In this document: in pieces, positions 40,056-50,638 of the stretch
Numbering within the stretch: position 1 is the first letter of the stretch
How the letters are laid out: each line of letters opens with the position of its first letter
Source of the DNA: an uncultured Gammaproteobacteria bacterium
Lineage (GTDB): Bacteria; Pseudomonadota; Gammaproteobacteria; SZUA-229
Assembly (NCBI GenBank): GCA_963807625.1
Contig: CAWECN010000020.1
Location: 118,270-182,269, forward strand
DNA: 64,000 nucleotides
Direction of reading: 5' to 3'
Notes under the pieces: model-generated
Databases searched by the model: none
Told to the model about the DNA's origin: nothing
The model's input: only the letters and a program-made list of their open reading frames with translations
Program-made: the position numbers and the translations under genes

Positions 40056-41147
40056 TTAGGGTGAAACTTCCAGCATACGTTGAAGCGCCAGTTTTGCCTG
40101 CGCGGCCACATCTTCCGGAACACTGACCTGGTTGACCACATGACCTTCGACCAGGTTTTCCAGCACCCATGCCAGGTGCTGTGGATCGATGCGAAACATG
40201 GTGGAACACATGCACACATTAGGTGACATGAAATGCACATTTTTTCCTTCATGTTTAAACTGCTCATGCAATCGGTTGACCAGGTTTAATTCGGTAGCCA
40301 CCAGCCATCGTGTGCCGGGCTCAGCTTCAGCGATGGTATTGATTATATATTCTGTGGAGCCAATATAATCAGATTTCTGGCAGACTTCAAATGGACTTTC
40401 CGGGTGAGAGATAATCTTCGTCTCAGGATATTTCTGTTTGAAATTATCGATCTGCTCCGGTTGGAACATCTGATGCACCGAGCAGAAACCTTTCCATAAA
40501 ATGATTTTTGCCTGCTGGATCTGCTCAACCGTGAGACCGCCCATCGCTTTATCAAAATCCCACACCACCATTTTATCTAGAGGAATACCCATGGTGTAGC
40601 CAGTGTTTCGACCCAGGTGCTGGTCAGGGAAAAACAGCACTTTTTCACGCTGCTTGAAACTCCACTCCAGTACGTGTTTTGCATTTGTCGAAGTACAGAC
40701 GATACCACCATGCTCACCGCAGAAACCTTTCAGGTCAGCGGCTGAGTTGATATACGTGACCGGGGTAATATTTTCATCAGGATCCAGCACTTCAGACAGT
40801 TCCTGCCAGGCGCGTTCGACGTTTTGCAGGTTTGCCATATCGGCCATCGCACAACCGGCAGACAGATCAGGCAGGATCGAGATCTGCTCGGGGCGCGACA
40901 GTATGTCGGCCACTTCTGCCATGAAATGCACACCACAAAAAACGATATAGTCAGCTTTTGATGCGGCTGCCTGCCGTGATAGCTTTAAGGAATCACCGGT
41001 AAAATTTGCGTGTCTGAAAACTTCATTACGCTGATAGTGGTGCCCCAGTATGACCAGGCGCTCCCCTAAAGCTTCTCGTGCAGCCAGAATGCGAGATTCG
41101 CAATCTTCGTCATCGAGTAAAGTGTAGGGTTGTATCGCTGCGCTCAT
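40056..41147 (-). CDS. nadA: quinolinate synthase A
   Basis: 363 aa, collinear with E. coli NadA. Confidence 0.95.
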   Translation of the reverse strand: MSAAIQPYTLLDDEDCESRILAAREALGERLVILGHHYQRNEVFRHANFTGDSLKLSRQAAASKADYIVFCGVHFMAEVADILSRPEQISILPDLSAGCAMADMANLQNVERAWQELSEVLDPDENITPVTYINSAADLKGFCGEHGGIVCTSTNAKHVLEWSFKQREKVLFFPDQHLGRNTGYTMGIPLDKMVVWDFDKAMGGLTVEQIQQAKIILWKGFCSVHQMFQPEQIDNFKQKYPETKIISHPESPFEVCQKSDYIGSTEYIINTIAEAEPGTRWLVATELNLVNRLHEQFKHEGKNVHFMSPNVCMCSTMFRIDPQHLAWVLENLVEGHVVNQVSVPEDVAAQAKLALQRMLEVSP

Positions 41148-41151
41148 GGTA

Positions 41152-42939
41152 TTAGTTTACAGCCTCAGTCTCAGACTCTACCTTACGTAATTTAAGGTTT
41201 AGCTCACGAAGCTGTTTCGTCGTAACCTGCGCTGGTGCCGAGGTTAACGGACACGCGGCCGTCTGTGTTTTAGGGAAAGCCATCACATCTCGGATACTGT
41301 TCGCACCTGCCATCAGCATTACCAAGCGATCCAGGCCAAAGGCGATGCCAGCGTGTGGCGGACAGCCGTATTTCATCGCGGTCAGCAAAAAGCCGAATTT
41401 CTCTTCCGCTTCTTCCTGTGATATACCAAGGACTTCAAACACTGCGTTCTGAAGATCCATCTTATAGATACGCTCAGAACCGCCACCGAGCTCGGTACCA
41501 TTGAGCACCATATCATAAGCCCGTGACAGCGCCGCACCAGGATCCGCCTTAAGCGCCTCAACAGAACTCACTGATGGTGAGGTAAACGGATGATGCAGCG
41601 AAGTCCAGTCGCCCTGGCTGTTCTTTTCGAACATCGGGAAGTTAACCACCCATAGTGGGCGCCAGCCCTCTTCTACCAGCCCATTATCCATACCCAGTTT
41701 GACACGCAAAGCACCGATAGATTCATTGACGGTATTAGCATCACCCGCACCGAAGAACAGGATATCCCCTGACTGGGTACCGGTTTTTTCGATGATAGCA
41801 GTAAGCACATCATCCGGTAAGAACTTAACGATCGGCGACTGCAGACCTTCACGTCCAGCATCAACATCGTTCACCTTGATCCAGGCAAGACCTTTAGCGC
41901 CATAACGGCCGACATAATCAGTGTAATTATCAATTTCTTTACGTGACAGTTTCGCGCCACCTGGTAAACGCAGTACCACGATACGGCCTTCAGGGTCATT
42001 TGCCGGGCCAGAGAAAACTTTAAATTCAACCTCTTTCATGACCTCCGCCAGGTCTACCAGTTCCAGCGGGATACGCAGATCCGGCTTGTCTGAACCATAA
42101 CGCAACATTGCTTCCTTGTGGATCATGCGCGGGAATGGGTTTGGCAACTCTACATCTAAGGTTGCTTTAAACAGGCCGCGAATCATCTCTTCAGTAACAT
42201 TCATTACCGCTTCTTCGTCCATGAACGTGGTTTCGATATCTACCTGGGTAAATTCCGGCTGACGGTCTGCACGCAGATCTTCGTCGCGAAAACAGCGTAC
42301 GATCTGGTAATAACGGTCCATGCCGGACATCATCAGCATCTGTTTAAACAACTGCGGTGATTGCGGTAGCGCAAAAAATTTACCTGGATGGGTGCGTGAC
42401 GGCACCAGGTAATCACGTGCACCTTCCGGCGTTTCTTTGGTCAGCATCGGGGTCTCGATGTCCCAGAAATCATTATTATCCAGGTAATCACGTATATAAC
42501 GTGTCACCTGGTTGCGCAGGCGTATCCGCTGCTGCATCTCGTCACGGCGCAGGTCGACATAACGATATTGCAGACGTAGATCGTCGTTAACACCGGTATC
42601 ATCTAACTGAAACGGTGGGGTTTCTGAAGCATTCAAAACTTCCAGATCCAGGCCAAGAATTTCGATCTTGCCTGAGGTAAGTTCTGGATTTACAGTACCT
42701 TCCGGGCGCAAACGCACTCGACCGGTCATACGTAAGACATACTCATTTCGGACCTGCTCGGCAATCTCGAATATTTCTGCACGATCAGGATCAAACACCA
42801 CCTGCACCAGACCTTCACGGTCACGTAAATCGATAAAAATCACACCGCCATGATCACGACGGCGATTAACCCAGCCACACAGCGTGACTTCCTGATCAAT
42901 GAGTTCTTCAGTTACTTTTCCGCAATAATGACTGCGCAT
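41152..42939 (-). CDS. aspS: aspartyl-tRNA synthetase
   Basis: 595 aa class II aaRS with an N-terminal OB anticodon-binding domain and GAD insertion. Confidence 0.97.
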   Translation of the reverse strand: MRSHYCGKVTEELIDQEVTLCGWVNRRRDHGGVIFIDLRDREGLVQVVFDPDRAEIFEIAEQVRNEYVLRMTGRVRLRPEGTVNPELTSGKIEILGLDLEVLNASETPPFQLDDTGVNDDLRLQYRYVDLRRDEMQQRIRLRNQVTRYIRDYLDNNDFWDIETPMLTKETPEGARDYLVPSRTHPGKFFALPQSPQLFKQMLMMSGMDRYYQIVRCFRDEDLRADRQPEFTQVDIETTFMDEEAVMNVTEEMIRGLFKATLDVELPNPFPRMIHKEAMLRYGSDKPDLRIPLELVDLAEVMKEVEFKVFSGPANDPEGRIVVLRLPGGAKLSRKEIDNYTDYVGRYGAKGLAWIKVNDVDAGREGLQSPIVKFLPDDVLTAIIEKTGTQSGDILFFGAGDANTVNESIGALRVKLGMDNGLVEEGWRPLWVVNFPMFEKNSQGDWTSLHHPFTSPSVSSVEALKADPGAALSRAYDMVLNGTELGGGSERIYKMDLQNAVFEVLGISQEEAEEKFGFLLTAMKYGCPPHAGIAFGLDRLVMLMAGANSIRDVMAFPKTQTAACPLTSAPAQVTTKQLRELNLKLRKVESETEAVN

Positions 42940-43088
42940 GTGTTAATCCAGTATTTGTATGAAAAAGCCTGAGCAGATCGCACTGGGCAGGTGGCATCAG
43001 CTTCTTCAGCAGGTTAGTTAAACGGTTGATTTTATCGTATTTAGCGCCGGACTGGCGCCTATTTTTTTATATTGCGACCAACAAGTTG

Positions 43089-43391
43089 CTAACTTTTGGC
43101 TTTTTTGCTGTTAGTCGAGTTCCCAGTGGCTTTTTTAGTCGTCGATGACTCGCTCTTAGCCTTCGCGTCGGCAGCTGATTTACTGCCCTCTGCAACATTC
43201 TTCTTATTGCCAGACTTGAAGTCTGTTTCATACCAGCCACCGCCTTTCAGACGGAACGCTGCCGCGGATAATTTTTTCTGCATCGTCGATTTACCACAGA
43301 CAGGACATTTTTTTAGCGGTTTATCGCTGACCTTTTGCAGTACTTCTTCTTCGTGCCCACATTGTGTACATTGATATTCGTAGAATGGCAT
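43089..43391 (-). CDS. FmdB-family zinc-ribbon putative regulatory protein
   Basis: 100 aa with an N-terminal CxxC...CxxC zinc ribbon (YEYQCTQCGHEEEVLQKVSDKPLKKCPVCG) and a low-complexity K/S tail. Confidence 0.7.
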   Translation of the reverse strand: MPFYEYQCTQCGHEEEVLQKVSDKPLKKCPVCGKSTMQKKLSAAAFRLKGGGWYETDFKSGNKKNVAEGSKSAADAKAKSESSTTKKATGNSTNSKKAKS

Positions 43392-43487
43392 AGTTAACCC
43401 GGATCAAAATATTAGCGTGTAATTATATATGCCGATGCATGAGCACATCAATACCCCGCCAGCATGCACATACGTTAAGCTTGCATC

Positions 43488-44351
43488 ATGAATAATACAT
43501 CTTACAAACAGCAAGAATCTGTTCTTATCACCGGCTGCTCCAGTGGTATCGGACACTGCGTTGCCGCAGGTTTAAGACAACGGGGTTATCGCGTATTTGC
43601 CACCGCCAGACGGTTAGAAAGTGTCGAGAAGCTCATAGATGAGGGTTTTGAGAGCCTGCAACTTGATCTTGCGGACAGCCAATCTGTACAGCAGGCATTC
43701 AAGCAGGTAATGCAGCAAACCGATGGCCAGCTGTATGCACTATTTAATAATGGCGCATTCGGTCTGCCCGGTGCTGTTGAAGACCTTAGCCGGGAGAATC
43801 TGAAATACCAGTTTGAGACCAATGTCTTCGGCTGGTTAGAGCTCACCAACCTGGTGATCCCGGTAATGCGTAAACAGGGTTACGGTCGCATCATCCAGAA
43901 CAGCTCTATACTCGGCTTCGTCGCCATGCCTTTTCGTGGTGCCTATAACGCCAGCAAGTATGCCATCGAAGGTCTAAGCGATACTTTACGCCTGGAACTG
44001 AAAGGTACCGGTATTTATGTCAGCCTGATCGAACCGGGACCGATCACCAGTAAATTTCGTGCCAACGCTGTTAAAGCTCTAGAGCAAAACATCGATATCG
44101 AGAATAGCATTCACCGGGAAAAATATATCGGCGTTCTCGAACGGTTAAACAAGCAGGGTCCGGCAGCGCCTTTTACGCTGCCGCCTGAAGCTGTCCTGAA
44201 ACGCGTACTACACGCACTAGATTCCAGGCGACCCAAACCACGTTACTACGTCACATTCCCGACTTATCTATTCGGTTATCTCAAGCGTTTACTCAGTTTC
44301 CGACAGATGGACTTTTTGCTGGCACGAGCGGGTAGCGATGGTAAACGCTGA
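43488..44351 (+). CDS. short-chain dehydrogenase/reductase (SDR)
   Basis: 287 aa with the TGCSSGIGH cofactor motif and catalytic YNASK. Confidence 0.85.
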   Translation: MNNTSYKQQESVLITGCSSGIGHCVAAGLRQRGYRVFATARRLESVEKLIDEGFESLQLDLADSQSVQQAFKQVMQQTDGQLYALFNNGAFGLPGAVEDLSRENLKYQFETNVFGWLELTNLVIPVMRKQGYGRIIQNSSILGFVAMPFRGAYNASKYAIEGLSDTLRLELKGTGIYVSLIEPGPITSKFRANAVKALEQNIDIENSIHREKYIGVLERLNKQGPAAPFTLPPEAVLKRVLHALDSRRPKPRYYVTFPTYLFGYLKRLLSFRQMDFLLARAGSDGKR

Positions 44352-44504
44352 CCTATTATAATTTCCTCATTAGTAATTATTTACTACCAGGCAGAAATCA
44401 TGGCCTGACTATATAAATAATATTATTTTTATACTGTATTCATTCTAATTAGTTGTATAAAAATAATACTAATAAATAAAACCACAGGGAAGGATCATCA
44501 GGAC

Positions 44505-45021
44505 ATGAGCAATGACCCCATCAAACTTACCGTCGGCTTAGGATTTGCTGGCGTACTCACCCTAATGGGTTTGATCAGTTTCATATCGTTATCTCAAATG
44601 AACAAGATTACCGAGCAGATGAGTTTTCTGCTCAAAGAATATAAACCAGACTGCTGACGTGATAACTGCTCTGCGAAAATACAACATCAGGTTTGCACTC
44701 GATGATTTTGGTATCGGTATATCTTCTTTCTCTTACCTGAAAAACCTGCCCGTCGATTACCTGAAAATAGACGGCAACATCATCAAAAATATCTCACAGA
44801 ATACAGCCGATAAGGCCATGGTCGCTGCTATCAACCAGATTGGCAAGGTGATGAATATAGAAATAATTGCCAAGCACGTTGAAAACGCATTCACCTTAAA
44901 CCAGTTAAAGGAAATTGGCATCGATTACGCGCAGGGTTTTTATATTGATGAACCTAAACTCATCAACGAACGTATCGATGAGATAAAAAAATCACCCCTG
45001 CGCTACTCTGCATACAGTTAA
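44505..45021 (+). pseudogene. degraded membrane sensor / c-di-GMP phosphodiesterase gene (N-terminal TM stub fused out of frame to a C-terminal EAL-domain fragment)
   Basis: 44505-44657 has a good RBS and encodes 50 aa: a TM helix followed by SLSQMNKITEQM, a sensor/MCP-like N-terminus, then a stop. The -1 frame continues at 44659 as a 120-aa EAL C-terminal fragment (DDFGIGISS, KIDGNII, YAQGFYIDEP). The EAL N-terminal half and the sensor body are missing. Confidence 0.6.
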
Positions 45022-45146
45022 TCCACAGTGATTACGGATGGCTGCTTACAATGACATATCGGCATGCCATAACAGTAAAGGGGCAGTCTTTTATGCCAGG
45101 CATTAAGACCGCCCCTTTGTCATTACGATGATTGATAAAGTTTCTA

Positions 45147-47753
45147 TCAGCCTGCCTGCTGAATCCTCTCAACTGGCACAAAGACCAGGTCAGAACCACT
45201 AGCATTAATGTTGATAACATCACCAGGCATATATTCACCTTTCAATATCATCTGTGCTAATGGATTCTCCAGGTACTGCTGTATCGCGCGCTTCAATGGA
45301 CGTGCTCCATACACAGGATCGAATCCAGCTTCGCCGAGCACATCGATTGCCTCATCAGAAATCTGCATATCGAAATCCTGATCATGCAGACGTGCACCCA
45401 GTTGTTGTAACTGGATTTTAGCGATCTCCCTGATCTGCTCTTTCGCCAGAGGATGGAACACGACAGTCTCATCTACCCGGTTAATAAACTCAGGCCTGAA
45501 GTGTTGAGACACGATCTCCATCACTACCCGCTTCATACCATCATAGTCATTACTGGATGACATCTCCTGGATCTGTTGTGACCCAAGGTTAGAGGTCATG
45601 ATAATAACGGTGTTTCTAAAGTCGACGGTACGTCCCTGGCTATCAGTCAGACGACCATCATCCAGCACCTGCAATAAAATATTGAATACATCGGGATGCG
45701 CTTTCTCGATTTCATCCAGCAGGATGACCGAGTAAGGCTTACGCCTCACAGCTTCAGTCAGGTGCCCCCCCTCTTCATAACCGACATAACCTGGAGGCGC
45801 ACCTACCAGCCTGGAAACAGAATGTTTTTCCATGTACTCAGACATATCCAGGCGAACCATGGCATCATCACTGTCGAACATAAAGTTCGCCAGCGCTTTC
45901 GATAATTCGGTCTTACCCACACCGGTTGGACCAAAAAACATGAAGGAGCCATTGGGCTTACTCGGGTCAGATAAACCTGCACGTGAACGGCGGATAGCGT
46001 TGGCCACAGCTTCGACCGCTTCCCGCTGGCCTACTACCTGTTTGCCGATCTCATCTTCCATTCGCAACAGTTTTTCCTGCTCACCTTCGAGCATCTTAGT
46101 TACCGGGATACCCGTCCACCTGGCAACAATCTCGGCAACTTCGTCACTGCCGACCTTGTTACGTAACAATTGTGATTTATCATCACGAGCCAGTTCCGCT
46201 TCTGCTACCTGAGAGATCTGAGATTCAAGCTCAGGGATCAATCCATACTGCAGCTCAGACATGCGTGCCAGGTCACCAGCACGGTGTGCTGACTCAAGCT
46301 CAAGCTTGGCAGCTTCCAGCTCTTCTTTTAAATTTGATGACCCTTGAACGACCAGTTTTTCTGCGGTCCACTGCTCTTCGTAATCGCTGTATTCTTTTTC
46401 CAGGCTCTCCAGTTCCTGCTCAAGGTTTTCAAGGCGCTTTAAGGTCGCTTTATCGGTATCTTTTTTCAGTGCTTCACGTTCGATCTTTAATTGCACGATT
46501 CGCCTGTCGAGCCGATCCATCACTTCAGGTTTGGAATCGATTTCCATACGGATACGGCTGGCCGCTTCATCGATCAGATCGATGGCTTTATCCGGCAACT
46601 GACGGTCACTGATATATCGGTGTGACAAGGTAGCCGCTGCAACGATCGCAGGGTCAGTGATCTCTACTTTATGGTGTATCTCATAACGCTCTTTTAAACC
46701 GCGAAGTATCGCGACGGTGTCTTCGACACTTGGCTCATCGACCTGTACTTTCTGAAAACGCCGCTCGAGTGCCGCATCTTTTTCGATGTACTGTCGGTAT
46801 TCATCTAGAGTCGTTGCGCCGACACAGTGCAACTCACCACGTGCCAGTGCGGGCTTTAACATATTACCAGCATCCATCGCACCTTCGGCTTTACCAGCTC
46901 CTACCATGGTATGCAACTCATCGATAAACAGGATGACCTGACCTTCCTGGTGGGACAGATCTTTCAATACTGCTTTCAGACGTTCTTCGAACTCTCCGCG
47001 GAATTTTGCGCCGGCGATCAACGTGCCCATATCCAGCGAAAGGATGCGCTTGCTCTTAAGGCCTTCAGGTACTTCGCCATTTAAGATACGTTGCGCCAGA
47101 CCCTCGATGATGGCCGTTTTACCAACACCTGGCTCACCGATCAATACAGGGTTGTTTTTTGTACGGCGCTGTAATACCTGAATAGTACGGCGTATCTCTT
47201 CATCTCGACCGATCACAGGATCGAGTTTGCCCTGTGCGGCACGCTCGCTTAAATCGATGGTGTATTTTTCCAGTGCCTGGCGATTCTCTTCTGCATTTGC
47301 ATCATCAACAGTTTCACCACCACGCACATTTTCGATCGCCTGTTCGATGTATTTTTTATCTGCACCGGCCGCTTTTAATATCTCACTGGCTGATGTTTTT
47401 GCATCGACCAGTGCGAGCAGGAACAGCTCACTTGAAATGTACTGATCATTACGCTCCTGCGCCAGTTTATCTGTCTGGTTTAATAAACGGATAAGCTCGT
47501 TAGATAACTGTACATCACCCTGGTGACCCTGCACCTGCGGCAATCGTTCGATCGCATCCTGCATCTTTACTTTGACATCCGCGATATTTACACCACTGTT
47601 AGATAATATCTGACTTACGGTGCTGGCATCCTGTTCCAGCAGTGCCATCAATACATGCTGCGCTTCTATAAACTGGTTATCACGCCCGATGGCTATGGAC
47701 TGTGCATCGGATAACGCAGATTGAAACCGTGTAGTTAATTTGTCTGTTCTCAT
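45147..47753 (-). CDS. clpB: ATP-dependent chaperone/disaggregase ClpB
   Basis: Two AAA+ modules ([10 protein letters not shown]; [10 protein letters not shown]) with a long middle coiled coil. Start taken at [11 protein letters not shown] (47753); the ORF track extends to 47783. Confidence 0.95.
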   Translation of the reverse strand: MRTDKLTTRFQSALSDAQSIAIGRDNQFIEAQHVLMALLEQDASTVSQILSNSGVNIADVKVKMQDAIERLPQVQGHQGDVQLSNELIRLLNQTDKLAQERNDQYISSELFLLALVDAKTSASEILKAAGADKKYIEQAIENVRGGETVDDANAEENRQALEKYTIDLSERAAQGKLDPVIGRDEEIRRTIQVLQRRTKNNPVLIGEPGVGKTAIIEGLAQRILNGEVPEGLKSKRILSLDMGTLIAGAKFRGEFEERLKAVLKDLSHQEGQVILFIDELHTMVGAGKAEGAMDAGNMLKPALARGELHCVGATTLDEYRQYIEKDAALERRFQKVQVDEPSVEDTVAILRGLKERYEIHHKVEITDPAIVAAATLSHRYISDRQLPDKAIDLIDEAASRIRMEIDSKPEVMDRLDRRIVQLKIEREALKKDTDKATLKRLENLEQELESLEKEYSDYEEQWTAEKLVVQGSSNLKEELEAAKLELESAHRAGDLARMSELQYGLIPELESQISQVAEAELARDDKSQLLRNKVGSDEVAEIVARWTGIPVTKMLEGEQEKLLRMEDEIGKQVVGQREAVEAVANAIRRSRAGLSDPSKPNGSFMFFGPTGVGKTELSKALANFMFDSDDAMVRLDMSEYMEKHSVSRLVGAPPGYVGYEEGGHLTEAVRRKPYSVILLDEIEKAHPDVFNILLQVLDDGRLTDSQGRTVDFRNTVIIMTSNLGSQQIQEMSSSNDYDGMKRVVMEIVSQHFRPEFINRVDETVVFHPLAKEQIREIAKIQLQQLGARLHDQDFDMQISDEAIDVLGEAGFDPVYGARPLKRAIQQYLENPLAQMILKGEYMPGDVININASGSDLVFVPVERIQQAG

Positions 47754-47812
47754 AATATTTGCTCTTTGATGCTCAGCCTTCAACAGACTGAATATATATT
47801 TAATTAACAGGT

Positions 47813-47840
47813 ATATGAGGCCATAAACAGGTCTTTCAAG
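47813..47840 (-). promoter_or_regulatory. sigma-32 (heat-shock) promoter of clpB
   Basis: On the minus strand: CTTGAAA-N13-CCTCATAT, matching the sigma-32 consensus CTTGAAA-N13-15-CCCCATnT. It lies about 60 bp upstream of the clpB start. Confidence 0.6.
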
Positions 47841-47889
47841 CTTTTATAAGGCCATCTAAAAGAAGAATGATGAATAATTGATATCCATC

Positions 47890-47917
47890 AAAAAAGCCGC
47901 TAATAAGCGGCTTTTTC
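47890..47917. terminator. bidirectional rho-independent terminator downstream of pgeF
   Basis: AAAAA-AGCCGC-TAATAA-GCGGCT-TTTTT. Confidence 0.75.
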
Positions 47918-48005
47918 TAATCATTTACATACAGTATAGCGAAGCGGTACTTGCGCGCGATACTGGTATCTCCATACTTTATATTTGCAGGCCAAATCCT
48001 GCTGA

Positions 48006-48779
48006 TCATTTAAACCAGATCAGGCTCGCCATTCGACCGGTATTGTTATGCCGACGATAGGAATAAAAACGATCAGAGTCATTAAAAGTACAATTCTCCC
48101 CGCCACAGATACCGATCACGCCAATGGCCGATAGCTCGATGCGAGCCAGCTGGTAGATATCACATAAATAATGATCTTTATCCGTAGCGATAAAGGCCAC
48201 GCTATTCTTTTGATTTTTACTCACGAAAGCGTCATATACCTCTTTACCAACTTCAAATGCCTGTGGCCCTATCGCTGGACCGAGACTTACCACAACATCT
48301 GTAGCAGCTGTTTGCATAGCAGCAAGCGTATTACTGAGAATGCCACCATGTAATCCACGCCAGCCCGCATGAGCAACGGCGACTTCTGTGCCTTCTCGAT
48401 TACTGAAGAACACCGGTAGACAGTCAGCCGTTAACACTGCGCAGACCGCACCGCCTGCCCTGGTAACACTGGCATCAGCCTGTACCGGGTGCATTTCTGC
48501 CGTGGCAGTTGCGTTATATTGTTCCGCTACAAAGACCTTATTACTGTGCACCTGATCTAACCAGACGGGCTCAGAGGGCAGCGCTAAATCCTCAACCAGT
48601 TTCGCTCTATTAGCGCTGACAGCAACAGGATCATCGCCAACATGTGTTGCAAGGTTATATTGCTGATAATCCCCTTTGCTGACGCCACCGTAGATCAGGG
48701 TAGTGATTGCGAACACATTATCCAGTTTGCCAGAGCACTGGTCTGGCCAGTTAACCGGCAGATAAGATGACTCATGCAT
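48006..48779 (-). CDS. pgeF: purine nucleoside phosphorylase / peptidoglycan editing factor (YfiH/PgeF, laccase-domain)
   Basis: 257 aa, DUF152/YfiH family. The rluD-pgeF-clpB synteny matches E. coli. Confidence 0.85.
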   Translation of the reverse strand: MHESSYLPVNWPDQCSGKLDNVFAITTLIYGGVSKGDYQQYNLATHVGDDPVAVSANRAKLVEDLALPSEPVWLDQVHSNKVFVAEQYNATATAEMHPVQADASVTRAGGAVCAVLTADCLPVFFSNREGTEVAVAHAGWRGLHGGILSNTLAAMQTAATDVVVSLGPAIGPQAFEVGKEVYDAFVSKNQKNSVAFIATDKDHYLCDIYQLARIELSAIGVIGICGGENCTFNDSDRFYSYRRHNNTGRMASLIWFK

Positions 48780-48784
48780 TGAAT

Positions 48785-49747
48785 TTACGCTTCATGCAGT
48801 TGCAGATCGGTCTGCAACAGAGTGATAAGTTGCTGCATATCATCTGGCAGCGGTGCCTCAAATGTTACATCTTCACCACTTTCAGGGTGAACAAAGCTCA
48901 GACGCCAGGCATGTAATGCCTGTCGCTTGAACGCCTGCAGATAGCCCAGTAGCTCTTGCTGAGCACCGGCTGGTACCCGGTGACGGCCAGCATATACCGA
49001 GTCACCGACGATGGGGTGATGCAAGTAACTCATATGCACCCTGATCTGATGGGTGCGCCCGGTCTCCAGTTGCACCTTGATATGACTGTGCTCACGAAAT
49101 CGCTTGAGCAGGCGATAATGCGTTACCGCCTCACGTCCATTTTCCCTGACCGCCATCTTTATGCGATCGCGCGGATGACGACCGATGGGCTGATCGACCA
49201 CGCCGCCACCAGTCATCACTCCATATACAACGGCCTGATACTCTCGGGTGACCTCATGTTTCTGGATCTGATCGACCAGGTATTTATGTGAGCTGAGATT
49301 ACGCGCTACCACCATCAGTCCAGTGGTGTCTTTATCCAGCCGATGTACGATGCCGGCTCTCGGTATCTCTGCAAGCGACGCATCGTGATGTAACAGCGCA
49401 TTCTGCACTGTGCCGGAATAATGCCCGGCGGCCGGGTGTACAACAAAGTCCGCTGCCTTGTTTATGACGATGATCGACTCATCCTGATAGACAATATTTA
49501 ACGGTATATCTTCCGCCACGCAGCTTTCTTCTGATTCGATGCTCTGCACTGATAGCTGCAGCTCCTCATCTCCAGACATTTTGAGTTTTGGTTTTGCCGC
49601 TTCGCCATTGACCAGCACCTGTCCCTGTTCGATCCAGATCTTCAGGCGGCTGCGTGAATATTCAGGAAATATCTCGGCAAGAACTACATCCAGGCGTTTA
49701 CCGGCATATTCTTCGGTCAGATTTTTAATTATTGGTGATTCAGACAT
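48785..49747 (-). CDS. rluD: 23S rRNA pseudouridine synthase RluD
   Basis: 320 aa with an S4 domain and the RluA-family catalytic motif (HRLDKDTTGLMVVAR). Confidence 0.95.
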   Translation of the reverse strand: MSESPIIKNLTEEYAGKRLDVVLAEIFPEYSRSRLKIWIEQGQVLVNGEAAKPKLKMSGDEELQLSVQSIESEESCVAEDIPLNIVYQDESIIVINKAADFVVHPAAGHYSGTVQNALLHHDASLAEIPRAGIVHRLDKDTTGLMVVARNLSSHKYLVDQIQKHEVTREYQAVVYGVMTGGGVVDQPIGRHPRDRIKMAVRENGREAVTHYRLLKRFREHSHIKVQLETGRTHQIRVHMSYLHHPIVGDSVYAGRHRVPAGAQQELLGYLQAFKRQALHAWRLSFVHPESGEDVTFEAPLPDDMQQLITLLQTDLQLHEA

Positions 49748-49845
49748 ATTTTCTCTAGATACACTTCCAGGTAAACATACCCGGCGAACTTAGTTATAAT
49801 AAGACATTCTAAACGAAGTCCCGGCAACTACCTGTAAAATCTTCA

Positions 49846-50625
49846 ATGCGACATCTTTTCCTTATATTTCTTTCGGCCATTCTATTCGCCTGCGCAGGCT
49901 CTGACAAAGATGAAACGGCTGGATACTCTGCCAAAGAACTCTATGAAGAAGCACAGGCAAACATCGACTCAGCCGAATTTCAGAGCGCCGTTAAAAACCT
50001 TGAGTCACTGGAAGCGCGCTACCCATTCGACCCGTACGCGAAGCAGGCCCAACTTGAGATAGCGTATGCCTACTACAAGTTTGAGGAACTCGACCAGGCG
50101 ACCAGCGCCGTTGACCGGTTCGCCCGCCTGCATCCACGTGACCCGCACATGGATTATGTTTACTACCTGAAAGGCCTGATAAACTTCAACCGTGGCCAGG
50201 GCCTGCTTGACTCATGGTTCCCACGCGAGCCTTCAAGGCATGATCCTGCAGTACTGGAACAGGCATTCAATAATTTTTCAACACTGGTGAGCCGTTATCC
50301 AGATAGCATCTATGCAGGTGATGCATACCAGCGCATGGTATACCTGCGCAACCAGATGGCAGAAAAAGAAATTCAGATCGCCGAGTTTTATATCGAACGT
50401 AAATCCTGGCTTTCTTCCGCCAAGCGCGCCAAAGCTGTCATCACGAAATACCCTAATACGATATGGACAAAACGCGCCCTGGATATAATGCTGCTGTCAT
50501 ATCAGAAACTCGAATTGACTGATCTTGCTGCCGACACGCAAAAGATCATTGATTACAATGACTTTTCCGATATATCAACGACGATCGACCCGGATAAATA
50601 CGGCAAGGCACCGCCTTCTATCTAG
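49846..50625 (+). CDS. bamD: outer-membrane protein assembly factor BamD (YfiO)
   Basis: 259 aa with lipobox (ILFACAG) and TPR-like repeats. Divergent from rluD as in E. coli. Confidence 0.9.
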   Translation: MRHLFLIFLSAILFACAGSDKDETAGYSAKELYEEAQANIDSAEFQSAVKNLESLEARYPFDPYAKQAQLEIAYAYYKFEELDQATSAVDRFARLHPRDPHMDYVYYLKGLINFNRGQGLLDSWFPREPSRHDPAVLEQAFNNFSTLVSRYPDSIYAGDAYQRMVYLRNQMAEKEIQIAEFYIERKSWLSSAKRAKAVITKYPNTIWTKRALDIMLLSYQKLELTDLAADTQKIIDYNDFSDISTTIDPDKYGKAPPSI

Positions 50626-50638
50626 GCAGAAAACACAT

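Noticed and set aside
45032-45238. 68-aa minus-strand ORF overlapping the clpB 3' end
   Set aside because: It overlaps the clpB stop region in another frame, has no independent signals, and is most likely spurious.
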